From the NCBI GenBank assembly GCA_918797485.1, contig CAKKNE010000005.1:4464001-4528000 (forward strand): 64,000 nt of DNA, written 5' to 3'. Of the stretch, positions 42,718-53,565 are shown piece by piece. A program made the position numbers and the translations under genes. Source of the DNA: Pelagomonas calceolata (lineage: Eukaryota). The notes under the pieces are model-generated. The model saw nothing but the letters and a program-made list of their open reading frames with translations. It was not told where the DNA came from and searched no databases. Numbering within the stretch: position 1 is the first letter of the stretch; each line of letters begins with the position of its first letter.

Positions 42718-43971
42718 ATGAACGTCGTCGCGGCCCTCTGCCACCGCTTCCCGGAAGCCGCACTCGTAGCCAGACGATTCTTAGACAAATCATCTAAACG
42801 CGCCGCCGAGACCAAGCCCCGGAAGGGCCACGCCTTCGATCCGACGAAATTGGTTCAATATCTGCATGAGACGGTCGGCGCGCCGCGCGACGTCGCTCAG
42901 GTAACGGTGGGCCAGTTCAGCCACGGCCAGAGCAACCCGACGTTCACGGTGCGCTGGGGCGAAAAAGCGGTTGTGGTGCGGAAGCAGCCCGGCGGCAAGC
43001 TCTTGAAGGGCGCGCACGACGTCGGCCGCGAGTTCCAATTTGCGAGCCATCTTGGAAATCAAGGCGTGCCGACGCCGCACGCTTTAGCGCTTTGTGATGA
43101 CACGGACATTCTTGGGACGCGTTTTTGGGTCTACGACTATGTGGACGGGCGCCACTTCCGGGACCCGTACTTGGAACGGGCATCAATTGATGAGCGACCT
43201 CTGTTATATAAGAGCGCGGCGCGGGCGGCGGCGACGCTGCACGCGGCGGCGCCGCCGCCAAAATTAGTCGAGGCGCTCGGGGGTCCGCCCAAAGCGGGCT
43301 ACCTCGCGCGGCAGGTCAAGACCTGGACGCGGCAATATCAAGGCGCGGACGAGAAGCTGGGCGTGACGACGGATGCCAGAGTTGCGGACCACGCTGATAG
43401 ATTACGGAGCGCGTGCGAGGACCATGCGACAGACGTCGGTGGAGATGTTGATTTGTTGAGCGTGGCGCACGGCGACTTTCGCTGCGACAACCTGATTTAT
43501 GATGAAGACGGCAGTGTCAGGGCCATCCTGGACTGGGAGCTCGCGACATTGGGCCACCCGCTCGCGGACGTCGCGTACCTGTGCATGCCCTACGAGATCC
43601 CGCCCTTCGTCGCCGGGCCGCTCTCGGGCTTCCGGGGGCTGAATTTGGATAAACACGGCGTGCCGCCCCTCGAAGATCTGGTGGGCGCGTACGCCGACGC
43701 GCTTCGTTCAAAGGAGCGCGGCGCGGACGTCGCGGCGCTCTGCAAAGCGGGCCTGCCCCACTTCGACCTCTTCTCGAGCGTGGGCTACTTCCGCATCGCC
43801 TCCATCTGCCGCGGCGTCTACTCGCGCGCGAAGATGGGCACGGCGTCGAGCGCGAACGCGGCCGCCGTCGGCGCGCTCGCCGACACGCTGCTCGACGTGA
43901 GCGTGCGCCTCGCGGGCGACCACGCGGCCGTCCTGCGCGGGGCGCGGGCGCCGCTCGAGGCGTTTAATTAG
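42718..43971 (+). CDS. APH-family phosphotransferase, stand-alone ACAD10/11 kinase-like domain
   Basis: QFSHGQSNPTF, AHDVGRE, HGDFRCDN, ILDWELATLGHPLADVAY. Confidence 0.9.
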   Translation: MNVVAALCHRFPEAALVARRFLDKSSKRAAETKPRKGHAFDPTKLVQYLHETVGAPRDVAQVTVGQFSHGQSNPTFTVRWGEKAVVVRKQPGGKLLKGAHDVGREFQFASHLGNQGVPTPHALALCDDTDILGTRFWVYDYVDGRHFRDPYLERASIDERPLLYKSAARAAATLHAAAPPPKLVEALGGPPKAGYLARQVKTWTRQYQGADEKLGVTTDARVADHADRLRSACEDHATDVGGDVDLLSVAHGDFRCDNLIYDEDGSVRAILDWELATLGHPLADVAYLCMPYEIPPFVAGPLSGFRGLNLDKHGVPPLEDLVGAYADALRSKERGADVAALCKAGLPHFDLFSSVGYFRIASICRGVYSRAKMGTASSANAAAVGALADTLLDVSVRLAGDHAAVLRGARAPLEAFN

Positions 43972-44469
43972 GTGTGTTTGCGAGTTGGTTGTCTCCCTAC
44001 CATTTGCCTTTCGCGGCGATGGCGTGGTGGGGGGATCGCGGTTCTCACGGTGCGAATCACATGATGATTGCTGATGAGCTAGCTCTTGTCCTGTCTGGCA
44101 GAGTCACTCTCCAGAGTCACTAGAGCCAGCGCCGGCGCGCGCGCCGCTGTTGTCTGCGGGTCCACGCGCGTGACTGAGCGGTCTCCAGCGGGAGGGAGTG
44201 ATGCGCAAAGCCATGCACAGTCCTCGCTTGAGGATCACGCTAGTAAGTTTCGTATCTTTCGCAGGCTAGAGCGCCCGCCGTGCGGCCTCCGCGCTATTTG
44301 CGGAGGACAGCGCCGAAGCTGCCCTGGAGCCTCCATATAAGCTCCTGAGACGTCGTTCAACGCACGCCGGGCAGCAGGGACACGGGCAACGCCATCGCCG
44401 CTGGGAGGGCTGCCCCGACCGGTAGACAGCAACAGCACGTCCTCGCCGCGAAGGCAAGAGACCGCAACC

Positions 44470-45717
44470 ATGTCGACGGAGACGGAGAAGATCAAGGCCG
44501 AGATGAAGCTGCTGCACTGGCACAAGCTCGCCAACGACGCGGCCCTCAAGGCCGCTCTGCTGAAGACGAAGACGATGAAGGCTAAAGACGCGAAAAGACC
44601 CGTGGGCGTCGAGAACGTCAAGGCGAAGGCGGGCTGGATGCAGCGGGTGATCGAGGAGGAGCAGGCCAAGCCCCTGCAAGTCACGAAAGATTTCGTGTTG
44701 GAGTATCAAGAGAATGAGAGGCGGGAGGAGGAAAGGTTAGATGCGGAAGTAGCGCGGCACATTGAATGTTTAAGAAAGCTGCGCGTGCAGATTGAGAAGC
44801 GCGAGTCGCTGCGGGAGCGGAAGGCCGCCTACAAGGCGGCGCGCAAGCAGATGATCGGTAAATCAGGCGTGCCGCCGGCGAACGTCGGCGTACGGCCCAA
44901 ACCGCCGGACCACGACGAGCCGCCGCCCGTGGGACCCTTTCCGCCGCAGCCGCAGGGGACGCTGACGACCGTCTTATCATCTCTCGATAGGTTGGTGGAT
45001 TTAGAAAGGCGGATCTGCTCGCTGGAAAAGGACTCGATTTATGATAGGGTCGAGGCGGCGGCCAAGGGGGGCATGCGGCAGCGCGGGCCCCTGACCTTTA
45101 CCAAACAAAGATTGCCTCCGAGATCGAACCGGCCGGCCCAGGACGTCTGGGCCGTCAAGCTCCAGCCGCCGAAGCCCGATCGCCTGTCGAAGAGTCGAAA
45201 GCCGTCGCGGCGCGACGCGTCGATGAACTCGTGGCTCAATAGAAAACAAGCTAGAGACCAGCAGAAGCGCCAGACCGTGGCGCGCGCGGGCCGGCCGCTC
45301 GTCCGCGGCGCGGCCGGCGGGCGCAGAGGGCGGAACAACGCCGAGCAGGCCTTTCTGGACCAGAAGCGCTCGAACCAGCGCCGCACGGATTCCATTCGCG
45401 GCCTCGGGACGCGGCGAGGCAACGCGAAGACGTTCGGCGTCTCGCGGCGGCCCATGGCCACGACGAGCCGGCGGCGGCCCCTCGCGCAGACGACGGGGCC
45501 GCCGCGGCGGGGAGGATCGCGGATGCCGTCGATCGGCGCGAACCGCACGGGGCCGCGCATGGGCGGCTCGCGGATGCGGAGCGTGCCGGCCGCGCGGAGC
45601 TACGCGAGCGGGCCGCGGCCCGGCGGGCGCTTCGGCGCGTCCGGTGGGCGGGGTACGATGCCGCGCGTGGCAGGGTCCGGCCTGGGCGCGGTGCGCGGAC
45701 GGCGAGCGTGGGGGTAA
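44470..45717 (+). CDS. Hypothetical basic coiled-coil protein (415 aa)
   Basis: ACCATG start; coiled-coil N-terminal half; R/G-rich tail. Confidence 0.75.
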   Translation: MSTETEKIKAEMKLLHWHKLANDAALKAALLKTKTMKAKDAKRPVGVENVKAKAGWMQRVIEEEQAKPLQVTKDFVLEYQENERREEERLDAEVARHIECLRKLRVQIEKRESLRERKAAYKAARKQMIGKSGVPPANVGVRPKPPDHDEPPPVGPFPPQPQGTLTTVLSSLDRLVDLERRICSLEKDSIYDRVEAAAKGGMRQRGPLTFTKQRLPPRSNRPAQDVWAVKLQPPKPDRLSKSRKPSRRDASMNSWLNRKQARDQQKRQTVARAGRPLVRGAAGGRRGRNNAEQAFLDQKRSNQRRTDSIRGLGTRRGNAKTFGVSRRPMATTSRRRPLAQTTGPPRRGGSRMPSIGANRTGPRMGGSRMRSVPAARSYASGPRPGGRFGASGGRGTMPRVAGSGLGAVRGRRAWG

Positions 45718-45751
45718 CAAGTGAAATGAATTAGACAACGTCACACAGACA

Positions 45752-48700
45752 CTAGCTGGGCTTGAGCACCGCGCGTACCTCCTCCGCACTCCGTGCGACA
45801 GTTTCATCACCGTCGATCGGCGCGTTAGAAACCTCGACCGCGAAGCTGCCGCCCGACACGACGTCCGCCCAGAGATCGCGGACGTCGGACAGGGTCAGCG
45901 CGTTCAAGGCGGCCGCCGTCTGGTAGCGCCGGTTCCAGTTCAGAGCGAGGGCGGCGCCCTCTATCGTAGAGTCGCGCGTCCGGCGGAGCTCCTCCCAGTG
46001 GCGGCCCGCGCGGTCGTAGAGGCGCCGGTCGGGCTCGAGCTTCTGGTCGGCGAGCGAGGAGGCAATGCCTCGGAGTGTTTTCTCGTCGAGGTTCCTGATG
46101 GCCGCGGCGGCCTCGGTCGTGACGAATTTCCGCAGGCGGCGCGTGAGCACCGTTGGTGGCTTCTCCCCTTGCACGAGTAGTACAAGAGCGACGGGCCGCG
46201 CCGCGCCGGGCAACGCGCGCTGGCCGAGCTGGACGACGTAGCCGAGCTGTTCCTTCGTTCGCAACGCATCGAAGAACAGGGGCTTCAGCAGCGCAGATAA
46301 AACCGACGCCAGCGCCACCGCACGCGGCCCCGAGCCGACGGCGAGGAGCAGCTCGGCCGCTGAGTTCCTTTCTTCCGTGCCGATTTCTTCCGCGCCGATC
46401 CTCAGTACCACGGGCGCTTTCGGCAGAGCGAGCCCCCGCGGCGTCGGATAATTCGGCCCGCCTGGCCGGAGCGGCAGAGCGCCTGCGACGGCGGCCGCGA
46501 GCGCGCGTGCTTCGGCTTCCAAAAAGTTGCCCTCTACCAGGATGTCGCCGCCCCGCGCGAACGCAGGCCGCCCGCCCGCCCAGAGGTGGTCTCGCGCGAA
46601 CGCCTTCACACGCACCGCCGCGCCGGTGGCGCCGTCGGCGAAGACCGTGTCGAGCGCCTTGACAAGCTCCTGGTCCGCGAATGCGCCGTCTCGCGTGAGA
46701 GCGCGCGTGGCCGCGAAGCCTGCTGCCACGTAGGGCTTCGACTTGTCCTGGAGGTCGCGACGGATCACGTCGGCGAGGCGCGCCGTCGACGCCTCGTCGG
46801 GCACGAACTTCGCGGCGCTCTGGCTGACGTCGCGCGCCAGCGCCGCCAGGCCATCTGAGTAGCCCGAGAAGGAAAGTGAAACCCCGCGAGGCCCCACGTC
46901 GAGCGCGTACTGCAGACCGGCCGTCCGCGCGGGCCAGAGCCGCTCTCTTAAGTTGTCGAGGCAGGCGAGCCGCCAGAGCAGCGCCAGTATGTAGCTCTCG
47001 GGGGACTCGCCTATGGCGCCGACGCGCGCATTAAAAAAAGCGGCGCCGCGCGGCCGACCAAATTCGCGGTCCGTCGAGTAAGACGCGGTCCAGCCACTAC
47101 CGACAACTAAAGGCTGCGGCGCCGCCGGATCTTCGGCCGCCAGAGGGGCTAGGGGTGGCCGCGGCTCCGGCGGAGGCGCGCGGAGCCGGAGGTCGCGCGG
47201 AAGATAGGGGTTCGGCCGCGGCGTCGTCACGCCGCCGCGCGGCGGCGCTTTCAAATTCTGGAGCTGCCGTATCGAGGCGCCGTCGAAGGCGTACGTTTCG
47301 TAGGCCGTGCCGTACCAGCGCTCGCGTTTGGTGAGGAGCGGCCAATAACTATCCTTTCGCAGAAACTCGCGCGCCACGACCGTCAGACACAGGTTCTCGA
47401 GGACGAGGCCCGTCTCGAGCAAAGCACGTGTCGCGTCGAGCTGCGCGTCGACCGTCGAGCCGGCCCCGGCACCGCGCCTCCGGAACAAGGCCAGGACGCG
47501 GCCTTGATCCTCTGGCGCGGCGTCCCAGCCGACCTCCTGCACGTTCGTGACGAGGCCCCGCGCGAGGTCGTCGGCTTTTCCTGGTTCCGAGTAGCGCCAT
47601 GAGAGCTCCGCGAGCTGGTCGAGCTCCTCGACGCGGTACCGCGGGACGCCGTTCTCCCGGAGCCGGGCGACGGCTCCCACCGTCGCCGCGACGAGATCGG
47701 GCCAGAAGTTAAGGCCTTTCGACGTGAGTTCGTACGCGAGGTCGAGGCGCAGCCCCGTCGAGCCGTCCGGCGACGCGCTCGCAGAAATCCCTGAGGCGTA
47801 GCCCTCGGCGCGCGCCCAGGACAGCAGGCTCCCGGCGCCCTCGTCGCCGAGCACCGAGGCTATTATCGAACCCGCCTTCGCTCGGATTTCGGCGCGCCGC
47901 GCGGCGTCAGTATCGCCAGTATACGGCACGCGCCACGAGAGAGCCAAGCGGCGCGCGGCCCCGACCGGCGCGACGAGCAGCGCGGGCCGGAGGCCGTTCG
48001 TCGGCGGCACGAGGGCCGTCGGCGCCACGGCCGGGTTCCGCGGTCCAGATCCGCGCGGCAGACGACCAAACTTGTCCTCGGCCAGTCGTTGTAAATCGTT
48101 TAGCGGCTCTCTAGCTAAGATGACAAGCGCCATTCTATCAGCGGTGTAGTACGTCTCGTGGAAGTCGACAAGGACTCGTCGCAGCGCCGCGTAGCGCGCC
48201 GGCGTCGCCTCGTCGGACTGGAGCAGCGTCGCGCGGTTGCCGGTGCCGAACTTCTTGTACGTCTTCTCTCCTCGTACGGACCGGTCGAGCTGGAGCAAGC
48301 GGAAGCCGTCGCTCAGCTTGTTCTTCGAATCCTCGCTCTCGATGGCCTCGAGCTCGCGCTCGACGCCCGACGGCGAGAAGGTCGGCGCCTCGAAGAACGC
48401 ACTGAAGCGGTCCAGGGCGCCCTCGAAATCCGTCGCGTCGACGTCGAAGTGGTAGCACGTGTCTTCGGCAGCCGTGTAGGCGTTCGAGCTCCCACCCCGC
48501 CGCTGCACGTATTCGGCGAAGGCGCCTTCCCGTGGGTACTGCTTGTTACCCAGGAATAACATGTGCTCGCAGAAGTGGGCGACGCCCGGCCGATCGGCTG
48601 GGTCGCACGCATAACCCACATGTACGTCGAGCGCGGCAGCGGCCGTTTCTGCCGTTTCGTCGGACACCAGTAGGGCTCTCAACCCGTTGCTTAGTGCGAC

Positions 48701-49045
48701 GAGCCGATACCTTCGCTGGTCGGTCGGCGGCTGGTCGATGGCGTCGGCATCGGCGAGGATCGTCGTGACAGCGTGCGCGCTCGACGGCCTCGCCGCCAGC
48801 GCTGCCGCTGCGGCAGCCGCTCTGAACGCCAGCCGTCGCGGCACGGCTGTCGCGGGCGCATCGATGCGTGTCGCGTGCAGCCGCGTATCGATGCGTGTGG
48901 CATGTTGTGCAGCAAAACGTCTCGCAGGCGTGCTGTGCAGCGTGGTGCGCAGCCGCTCGCCACGTATAGCGTGCAACGGTGGCCCACGCGGCGCGTGGAG
49001 CGACGCCACGCACGCTGCACACAGACACAGGAGGAGGCTCTGCAT
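45752..49045 (-). CDS. M16A (insulysin/pitrilysin-like) metallopeptidase
   Basis: Inverted zinc motif HFCEH, LSNGLRALLVSD, SNAYT, LRTKEQLGYVV. Confidence 0.93.
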   Translation of the reverse strand: MQSLLLCLCAACVASLHAPRGPPLHAIRGERLRTTLHSTPARRFAAQHATRIDTRLHATRIDAPATAVPRRLAFRAAAAAAALAARPSSAHAVTTILADADAIDQPPTDQRRYRLVALSNGLRALLVSDETAETAAAALDVHVGYACDPADRPGVAHFCEHMLFLGNKQYPREGAFAEYVQRRGGSSNAYTAAEDTCYHFDVDATDFEGALDRFSAFFEAPTFSPSGVERELEAIESEDSKNKLSDGFRLLQLDRSVRGEKTYKKFGTGNRATLLQSDEATPARYAALRRVLVDFHETYYTADRMALVILAREPLNDLQRLAEDKFGRLPRGSGPRNPAVAPTALVPPTNGLRPALLVAPVGAARRLALSWRVPYTGDTDAARRAEIRAKAGSIIASVLGDEGAGSLLSWARAEGYASGISASASPDGSTGLRLDLAYELTSKGLNFWPDLVAATVGAVARLRENGVPRYRVEELDQLAELSWRYSEPGKADDLARGLVTNVQEVGWDAAPEDQGRVLALFRRRGAGAGSTVDAQLDATRALLETGLVLENLCLTVVAREFLRKDSYWPLLTKRERWYGTAYETYAFDGASIRQLQNLKAPPRGGVTTPRPNPYLPRDLRLRAPPPEPRPPLAPLAAEDPAAPQPLVVGSGWTASYSTDREFGRPRGAAFFNARVGAIGESPESYILALLWRLACLDNLRERLWPARTAGLQYALDVGPRGVSLSFSGYSDGLAALARDVSQSAAKFVPDEASTARLADVIRRDLQDKSKPYVAAGFAATRALTRDGAFADQELVKALDTVFADGATGAAVRVKAFARDHLWAGGRPAFARGGDILVEGNFLEAEARALAAAVAGALPLRPGGPNYPTPRGLALPKAPVVLRIGAEEIGTEERNSAAELLLAVGSGPRAVALASVLSALLKPLFFDALRTKEQLGYVVQLGQRALPGAARPVALVLLVQGEKPPTVLTRRLRKFVTTEAAAAIRNLDEKTLRGIASSLADQKLEPDRRLYDRAGRHWEELRRTRDSTIEGAALALNWNRRYQTAAALNALTLSDVRDLWADVVSGGSFAVEVSNAPIDGDETVARSAEEVRAVLKPS

Positions 49046-49172
49046 GATTGAGCAGCCGAAGATCGATGCAAATGCTAGCAGGGCTCGTGGCCGATATTAT
49101 GCAGCTACCACCAGCTTTGCATGATCCATGGGCTGGTCTGTGAGGCAAGAGTCGCGTTCACACACGCTTATG

Positions 49173-49195
49173 GCTAGTGTCTTACAGACGCTATC
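49173..49195 (+). promoter_or_regulatory. Bipartite intergenic motif copy
   Basis: GCTAGTGTCTTACAGACGCTATC; divergent spacer. Confidence 0.55.
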
Positions 49196-49355
49196 CAGCG
49201 TCGTCGACACATCGATTTCGAAAATTTTGGCGCACCTAGGACATAATTTGAGGTGGCGAGCTGGCTAAAGCACGTCCCTAAGCAGCCAAAGCACCAGAGG
49301 CCACCGCGCGTCTAGAACCGCGCTCTCCAAGCACGCATAGGCGACAAGCAAAACA

Positions 49356-50591
49356 ATGCCCCTCACGCTGCGCGTCCGCAGCCCACAGGGCATGTGGCGC
49401 CTCACAGTCCCGGACGCCACAACCACAATTCAAGCAGTAAAAACCCAGATCGAGCGCGAGAAGCAGGTCGCCGTCGACACGCAAAAGCTCACGAGCGATC
49501 CGCAAGGTACCCAGGAGCTCGACGACGGCTCGCGCCTCGACGCCGCGGGCCTCGGCGCGAACGGGTCTATTATCTATCTGTCCGAAAAGGAGATTGTCGA
49601 GCCACCGAGAGCGCCGACGCCTCCGCCGCCCGCGCCGCCGCCGCCAAATCCGCTCGCGGCGGCGGGCCGCAACGTCCTGGCCGGCAACGACAATGGCATG
49701 AGCGCCGAGGACCAGGCGGCCATCGCCGCGGCTTTAGCGGAGGACGACGCGCCGGCGTCGCCTGAAGTGAGACGCCCGGACGCGACGCAGAGCCCCGAAG
49801 CATTGGTGGGGCCGCCGTCGAGCGTCGGCGGGCTGCTGGAAGGGCTGATGAACGCGCCCGGCGGCGCCGCGGCCCTCGCGCACGCATTTCAAGCGCGCCA
49901 GAACGCCCAGCGGGCCGCAAGGGACGACATCTACGATAGCGACGACGAGGACCGCGACGTCGCGCGGCGGCTCCAGGACGACTACGACGAGGAGGAGGAC
50001 GACGACGATGAAGCTCTGGCGCGGCGCTTGCAAGACGGCGACGAAGAGGGCGACGCGCGCCTCGCGCGGCGCCTCGCGGGCCAGCGCGGCAGTTCGGTCA
50101 ACGACGGCGACGCGGTCCTCGCGGCCTTTTTGGGCGGCGGCGGGCCGCCTCCATTAGAACGGCGCCTGTCGACGGGCGAGGACGACCCGGCTTTGCAACG
50201 CGCGCTGCTCCAGTCGACGCGGCCCCAGCAATCGGCCTTCGCGGCGGGCGTCGACGCGCAGCTCGAGCGCGCGCTCGCGGCGTCGCGCGCCGAGGCCGGC
50301 CTCGCGGCGACGGAGCGCTGGGACGCGCCCGGGCCGGCGTCGCCGGGCGGCGCCGACGACGACGACGCCGCGCTGCAGGCGGCGCTGCTCGAGAGCGCGC
50401 CGCCCCAGCAGTCCGAGGAGGAGCGCCAGATCGCCGAGGCTATCCGGCTGTCGGCGCTCGAGGCCGCGCCCGAGGAGGTCCTGATGACGGACGCCGCGGC
50501 GACGGGGGCCCGGCGGCTGAACCGGCGCCGCGGCAGCAGCGACCCCGACGAGCGTATGACGAGCGGCTCGGGTTCGCGCAAGACGGATTAA
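49356..50591 (+). CDS. Ubiquitin-like (Npl4-N type) domain plus multiple UIM-like motifs
   Basis: LRVRSPQGMWR...GLGANGSIIYL; DPALQRALLQS, QLERALAAS, QIAEAIRLS. Confidence 0.8.
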   Translation: MPLTLRVRSPQGMWRLTVPDATTTIQAVKTQIEREKQVAVDTQKLTSDPQGTQELDDGSRLDAAGLGANGSIIYLSEKEIVEPPRAPTPPPPAPPPPNPLAAAGRNVLAGNDNGMSAEDQAAIAAALAEDDAPASPEVRRPDATQSPEALVGPPSSVGGLLEGLMNAPGGAAALAHAFQARQNAQRAARDDIYDSDDEDRDVARRLQDDYDEEEDDDDEALARRLQDGDEEGDARLARRLAGQRGSSVNDGDAVLAAFLGGGGPPPLERRLSTGEDDPALQRALLQSTRPQQSAFAAGVDAQLERALAASRAEAGLAATERWDAPGPASPGGADDDDAALQAALLESAPPQQSEEERQIAEAIRLSALEAAPEEVLMTDAAATGARRLNRRRGSSDPDERMTSGSGSRKTD

Positions 50592-50605
50592 CTGTATGTA
50601 ATACA

Positions 50606-51793
50606 TTACACAAACACCTCGCGGCCCTCCTCGCCGCGGCGCACGCCCTTCGGAGGGAGCGGTCCCCCGCGCAGATAAGGAACCTTGGCCGTCCAGTGCT
50701 CCTTCTTCTTGGCGAGCCAGTGCGTCGCCGAGTCGAAGGGCGGCACCGCGGTCGTGTTTCGTTCGTATACAACCGAGCCGTTTCGTATACAACCGAGCCC
50801 CGCGCGCTGCATCTGGCCGGGCGACCCGTCCCGGCACGCCTGCCAGTGGTCCACACGCCTTTGGTCGGCGTCCGCGCGCTCGCAGGCCGCGATATCTTTT
50901 AAACGGCCCTTGCCGATGTGCGGGCCCGCTCTATGGACGACCTTCACCGCCCAGGGCGTCGGGCACTCTCCGTGCTTCCAGAGGTGCGACACGACGAGGG
51001 GCGGGTGTTTGGGGGGACGCCCTAACCCACCGGTCCGGATCCAGACGTGCTCGAGGCACGCGTCCCAGGTGCAGTCCGACGGCCTGACCAAGCGTGTTCC
51101 ATTTAACACGGCCGATCGGTCCGCGTTCTGCTTGTAGAAGCAGGCCGCCAAGGCCCCCGGCACGACCTGCATCTTGTCCTGGTCCTTCGTCCGCCAAATT
51201 AAATGGCGCGAGTCCTTGAGCGTCCCGTCTAAGACGCAGCGCGGGCGCCACTTCGATACATCAATCTTGTAGTCCCATCGCATGATGAACACATACGCAT
51301 AATTCACGCCATGTTCATGGGCGTAGTCCCTCACGAGAGCAATGGCTCTATCTCTATTCCTGACTTGCGCAAACGGTAAACCGTCATCAACGTCCTCCAC
51401 ACTAACTTTCATCCGCGGCCCGTACCACTCCCGTAAGGTCTCGGTGGCATTGTACGTCGCGTTCGTGTTCGAGCAGGGCCGCGTCGCCGCGAAGACGTCG
51501 ACGCCGTAGCCGCTCCGGCCCAATGCCACAAACCACTTCTCGTGGTCGTCGGCGATGCGCCTTTGCGTCTTCCATGCTAACGCGCAGCCGCAGGTCCCGC
51601 GTACGTGCTGCTGGCCCGTGTTGCGGAAGGCCTCGCCCCTCAGCACGACGGCGATTGTTTTGTTGAGTGTATTGTTGCGCAGCCGAATTTGGGGCGGCGC
51701 GCAGGGGTCGGCTTTGATGGTGCGGAGGACGAGGAGGCTGCCCAGGAATTTGTAGGCTGCCATCATTGGTCCGTATCGTCGCCTCGTCATCAT
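50606..51793 (-). CDS. Hypothetical secreted or type II membrane protein, possibly glycosyltransferase-like
   Basis: N-terminal hydrophobic stretch; IAVVLRGEAFR, VDVF, YAYVFIMRWD; start uncertain. Confidence 0.6.
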   Translation of the reverse strand: MMTRRRYGPMMAAYKFLGSLLVLRTIKADPCAPPQIRLRNNTLNKTIAVVLRGEAFRNTGQQHVRGTCGCALAWKTQRRIADDHEKWFVALGRSGYGVDVFAATRPCSNTNATYNATETLREWYGPRMKVSVEDVDDGLPFAQVRNRDRAIALVRDYAHEHGVNYAYVFIMRWDYKIDVSKWRPRCVLDGTLKDSRHLIWRTKDQDKMQVVPGALAACFYKQNADRSAVLNGTRLVRPSDCTWDACLEHVWIRTGGLGRPPKHPPLVVSHLWKHGECPTPWAVKVVHRAGPHIGKGRLKDIAACERADADQRRVDHWQACRDGSPGQMQRAGLGCIRNGSVVYERNTTAVPPFDSATHWLAKKKEHWTAKVPYLRGGPLPPKGVRRGEEGREVFV

Positions 51794-51884
51794 CCTTGTG
51801 TGGGCAGCATCATCGATCAATATTAGGTCGATCTGCACGCAAACAAACTGCCGTGACGCCGTCCGCCAAAAAAAGGGCTGCTTG

Positions 51885-51906
51885 CTTAGTGTGTTACTGA
51901 CCTAGC
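51885..51906 (+). promoter_or_regulatory. Degenerate bipartite motif copy
   Basis: CTTAGTGTGTTACTGACCTAGC; divergent spacer. Confidence 0.4.
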
Positions 51907-52224
51907 TATTATTATTGCGCGCCGCCTTAAAAGTTGCCATATCTCCCCGTTCACTGGCTTGTTTTCAGCGAGAGAAGCTCTGTGTGAAGCCCCTTGACAC
52001 ATCGCTGCTTGGCGGCAGAAGAAACTGCGGCCACGGAACCAGCAGCCCCAAAACACACCACCCTCTCTGCAGCCGCGGAGGGAGTTGCAGCCGCCGTAGA
52101 CGTACAGCAGGCCGCGGAGAAACCGAAGAAAAGCAAGCCGCGGAGGAGTCGCAGGGGTGGGAAGAAAAGGGATACCTTCAAGAACCAGCTAAGAAAAGCA
52201 CTCTTGCTCTACGACACCGTAGCC

Positions 52225-53133
52225 ATGGAAAGCGACTCCGGCTCGGCCATGGACGCGAGCGCGCCGCCGAGCCGCGCGCCCTCCATACGACCCGAGAGCC
52301 CGGCCATGGCGACGACGCACTCGGTAAATTCCCTGGTCGAGACGAACACGCAGCGCAGCGACTCGGCCTCCGAGCTCGCGCCGGCGCAACCTCCGGGGTT
52401 TCTCGGTCCAAGAGTGGTAAGGAAGCGCGACCGCTGGTCCGACGGTGAAAGTGATAGCATGGCGCCGCCGGCGAAGCGGCCCGAGCCCGACGCCATTTCG
52501 GACATCGGCGCGCCGTCCGAGCTCGGCGCCAACGCGTCGGCGTCCGAGGCCGAGGAGGCGCCGGCGCCGGCGCCGCCGGCCGAGGACGCATCAATAGCGG
52601 AGACGGAGCGCTACGTCCGGCTGGCCCTCGACGCGCACGCGCGCAGCGCGCCGCCGCGGCGCCAGGAGACGATCGCGCGGCCGCCGTCGCCGCGGCGGAG
52701 CCGGGACGCGCAGCGGGCGCCGCCGCCGCCGCCGGCCCAGCAGTACGGCCCGGGACCCGGGGGCGGCGCGCCGAGCTACCACGAGCAGCTCGCGCAAGCT
52801 AGAGCGCGCGGGCCCGTGGCGTACACGCCGCCGAGCACGGGCGCCGGGGCGGGCTGGGTCCCGAGCGGCCGCTCTGGCGGTGGTGGTGGACAGTACGGGC
52901 CGGGCGGCGGCTTCGGCGGCAACCAGTACGGAGGACCGCCCCGCGGGTATCCGCAGCAGCGCGGCTACGGCTACGGCGGGCCTCCTCCGCGCGGCTACGG
53001 CAACTATGGGCCACCGCCTGGGCAGTACCCGCCGCGCGGCTATCCGGGAGGGTATGGTCCCCCGCCCGGCCAACAGTACCCGCCGCAGCAACGCGGCTAC
53101 GCGCGGAGCGGGCCGCCGCCGCCGCAGCGCTGA
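52225..53133 (+). CDS. Low-complexity protein with G/P/Y/Q-rich C-terminus
   Basis: First ATG at 52225, but the frame is open back to about 51994, so the start is uncertain; YGGPPRGY-type repeats. Confidence 0.65.
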   Translation: MESDSGSAMDASAPPSRAPSIRPESPAMATTHSVNSLVETNTQRSDSASELAPAQPPGFLGPRVVRKRDRWSDGESDSMAPPAKRPEPDAISDIGAPSELGANASASEAEEAPAPAPPAEDASIAETERYVRLALDAHARSAPPRRQETIARPPSPRRSRDAQRAPPPPPAQQYGPGPGGGAPSYHEQLAQARARGPVAYTPPSTGAGAGWVPSGRSGGGGGQYGPGGGFGGNQYGGPPRGYPQQRGYGYGGPPPRGYGNYGPPPGQYPPRGYPGGYGPPPGQQYPPQQRGYARSGPPPPQR

Positions 53134-53565
53134 ACTGCTGCGGATACTAGTCTAAGGAGTATTAGTCTAGCAATTGCCAGTATGGTCGCGGTCGCGGCGG
53201 CGCGGGTGTTGTCCCCGCGGCTCCCACGCAGCCCAGCCGTCCCTGGCAGGTATGCGGCCGCCGGAGGCCTCCTGCAGACCGGGCCACAAAAGAGTTGCAC
53301 CCCGGTGCGGTGTCTTGAGTTTAGTGCGCACTTGTTCCTTCCTGTACGCACCGCGCGCGCCGCACGCACCGTGAGACGCAGGAGCACCGTCCGAGGGCCC
53401 GACCGACACACAAGGGACCGCCGGGCAGCGTCGACGCCCGCGTCGGCGGCGCGCGGGCTGCCCCTCGCGTCGCCTCAAACATTTAGTGCCCGTGCTGCCG
53501 CCCGCAAATCCGCACGCGAGCGCCAGCCAACCGCGAGGACCACCGCCGAGGCACGCGAGGACGCC

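Noticed and set aside
50764..50799. CGTATACAACCGAGCC duplicated
   Set aside because: Short duplication inside a CDS that stays open; no wider pattern
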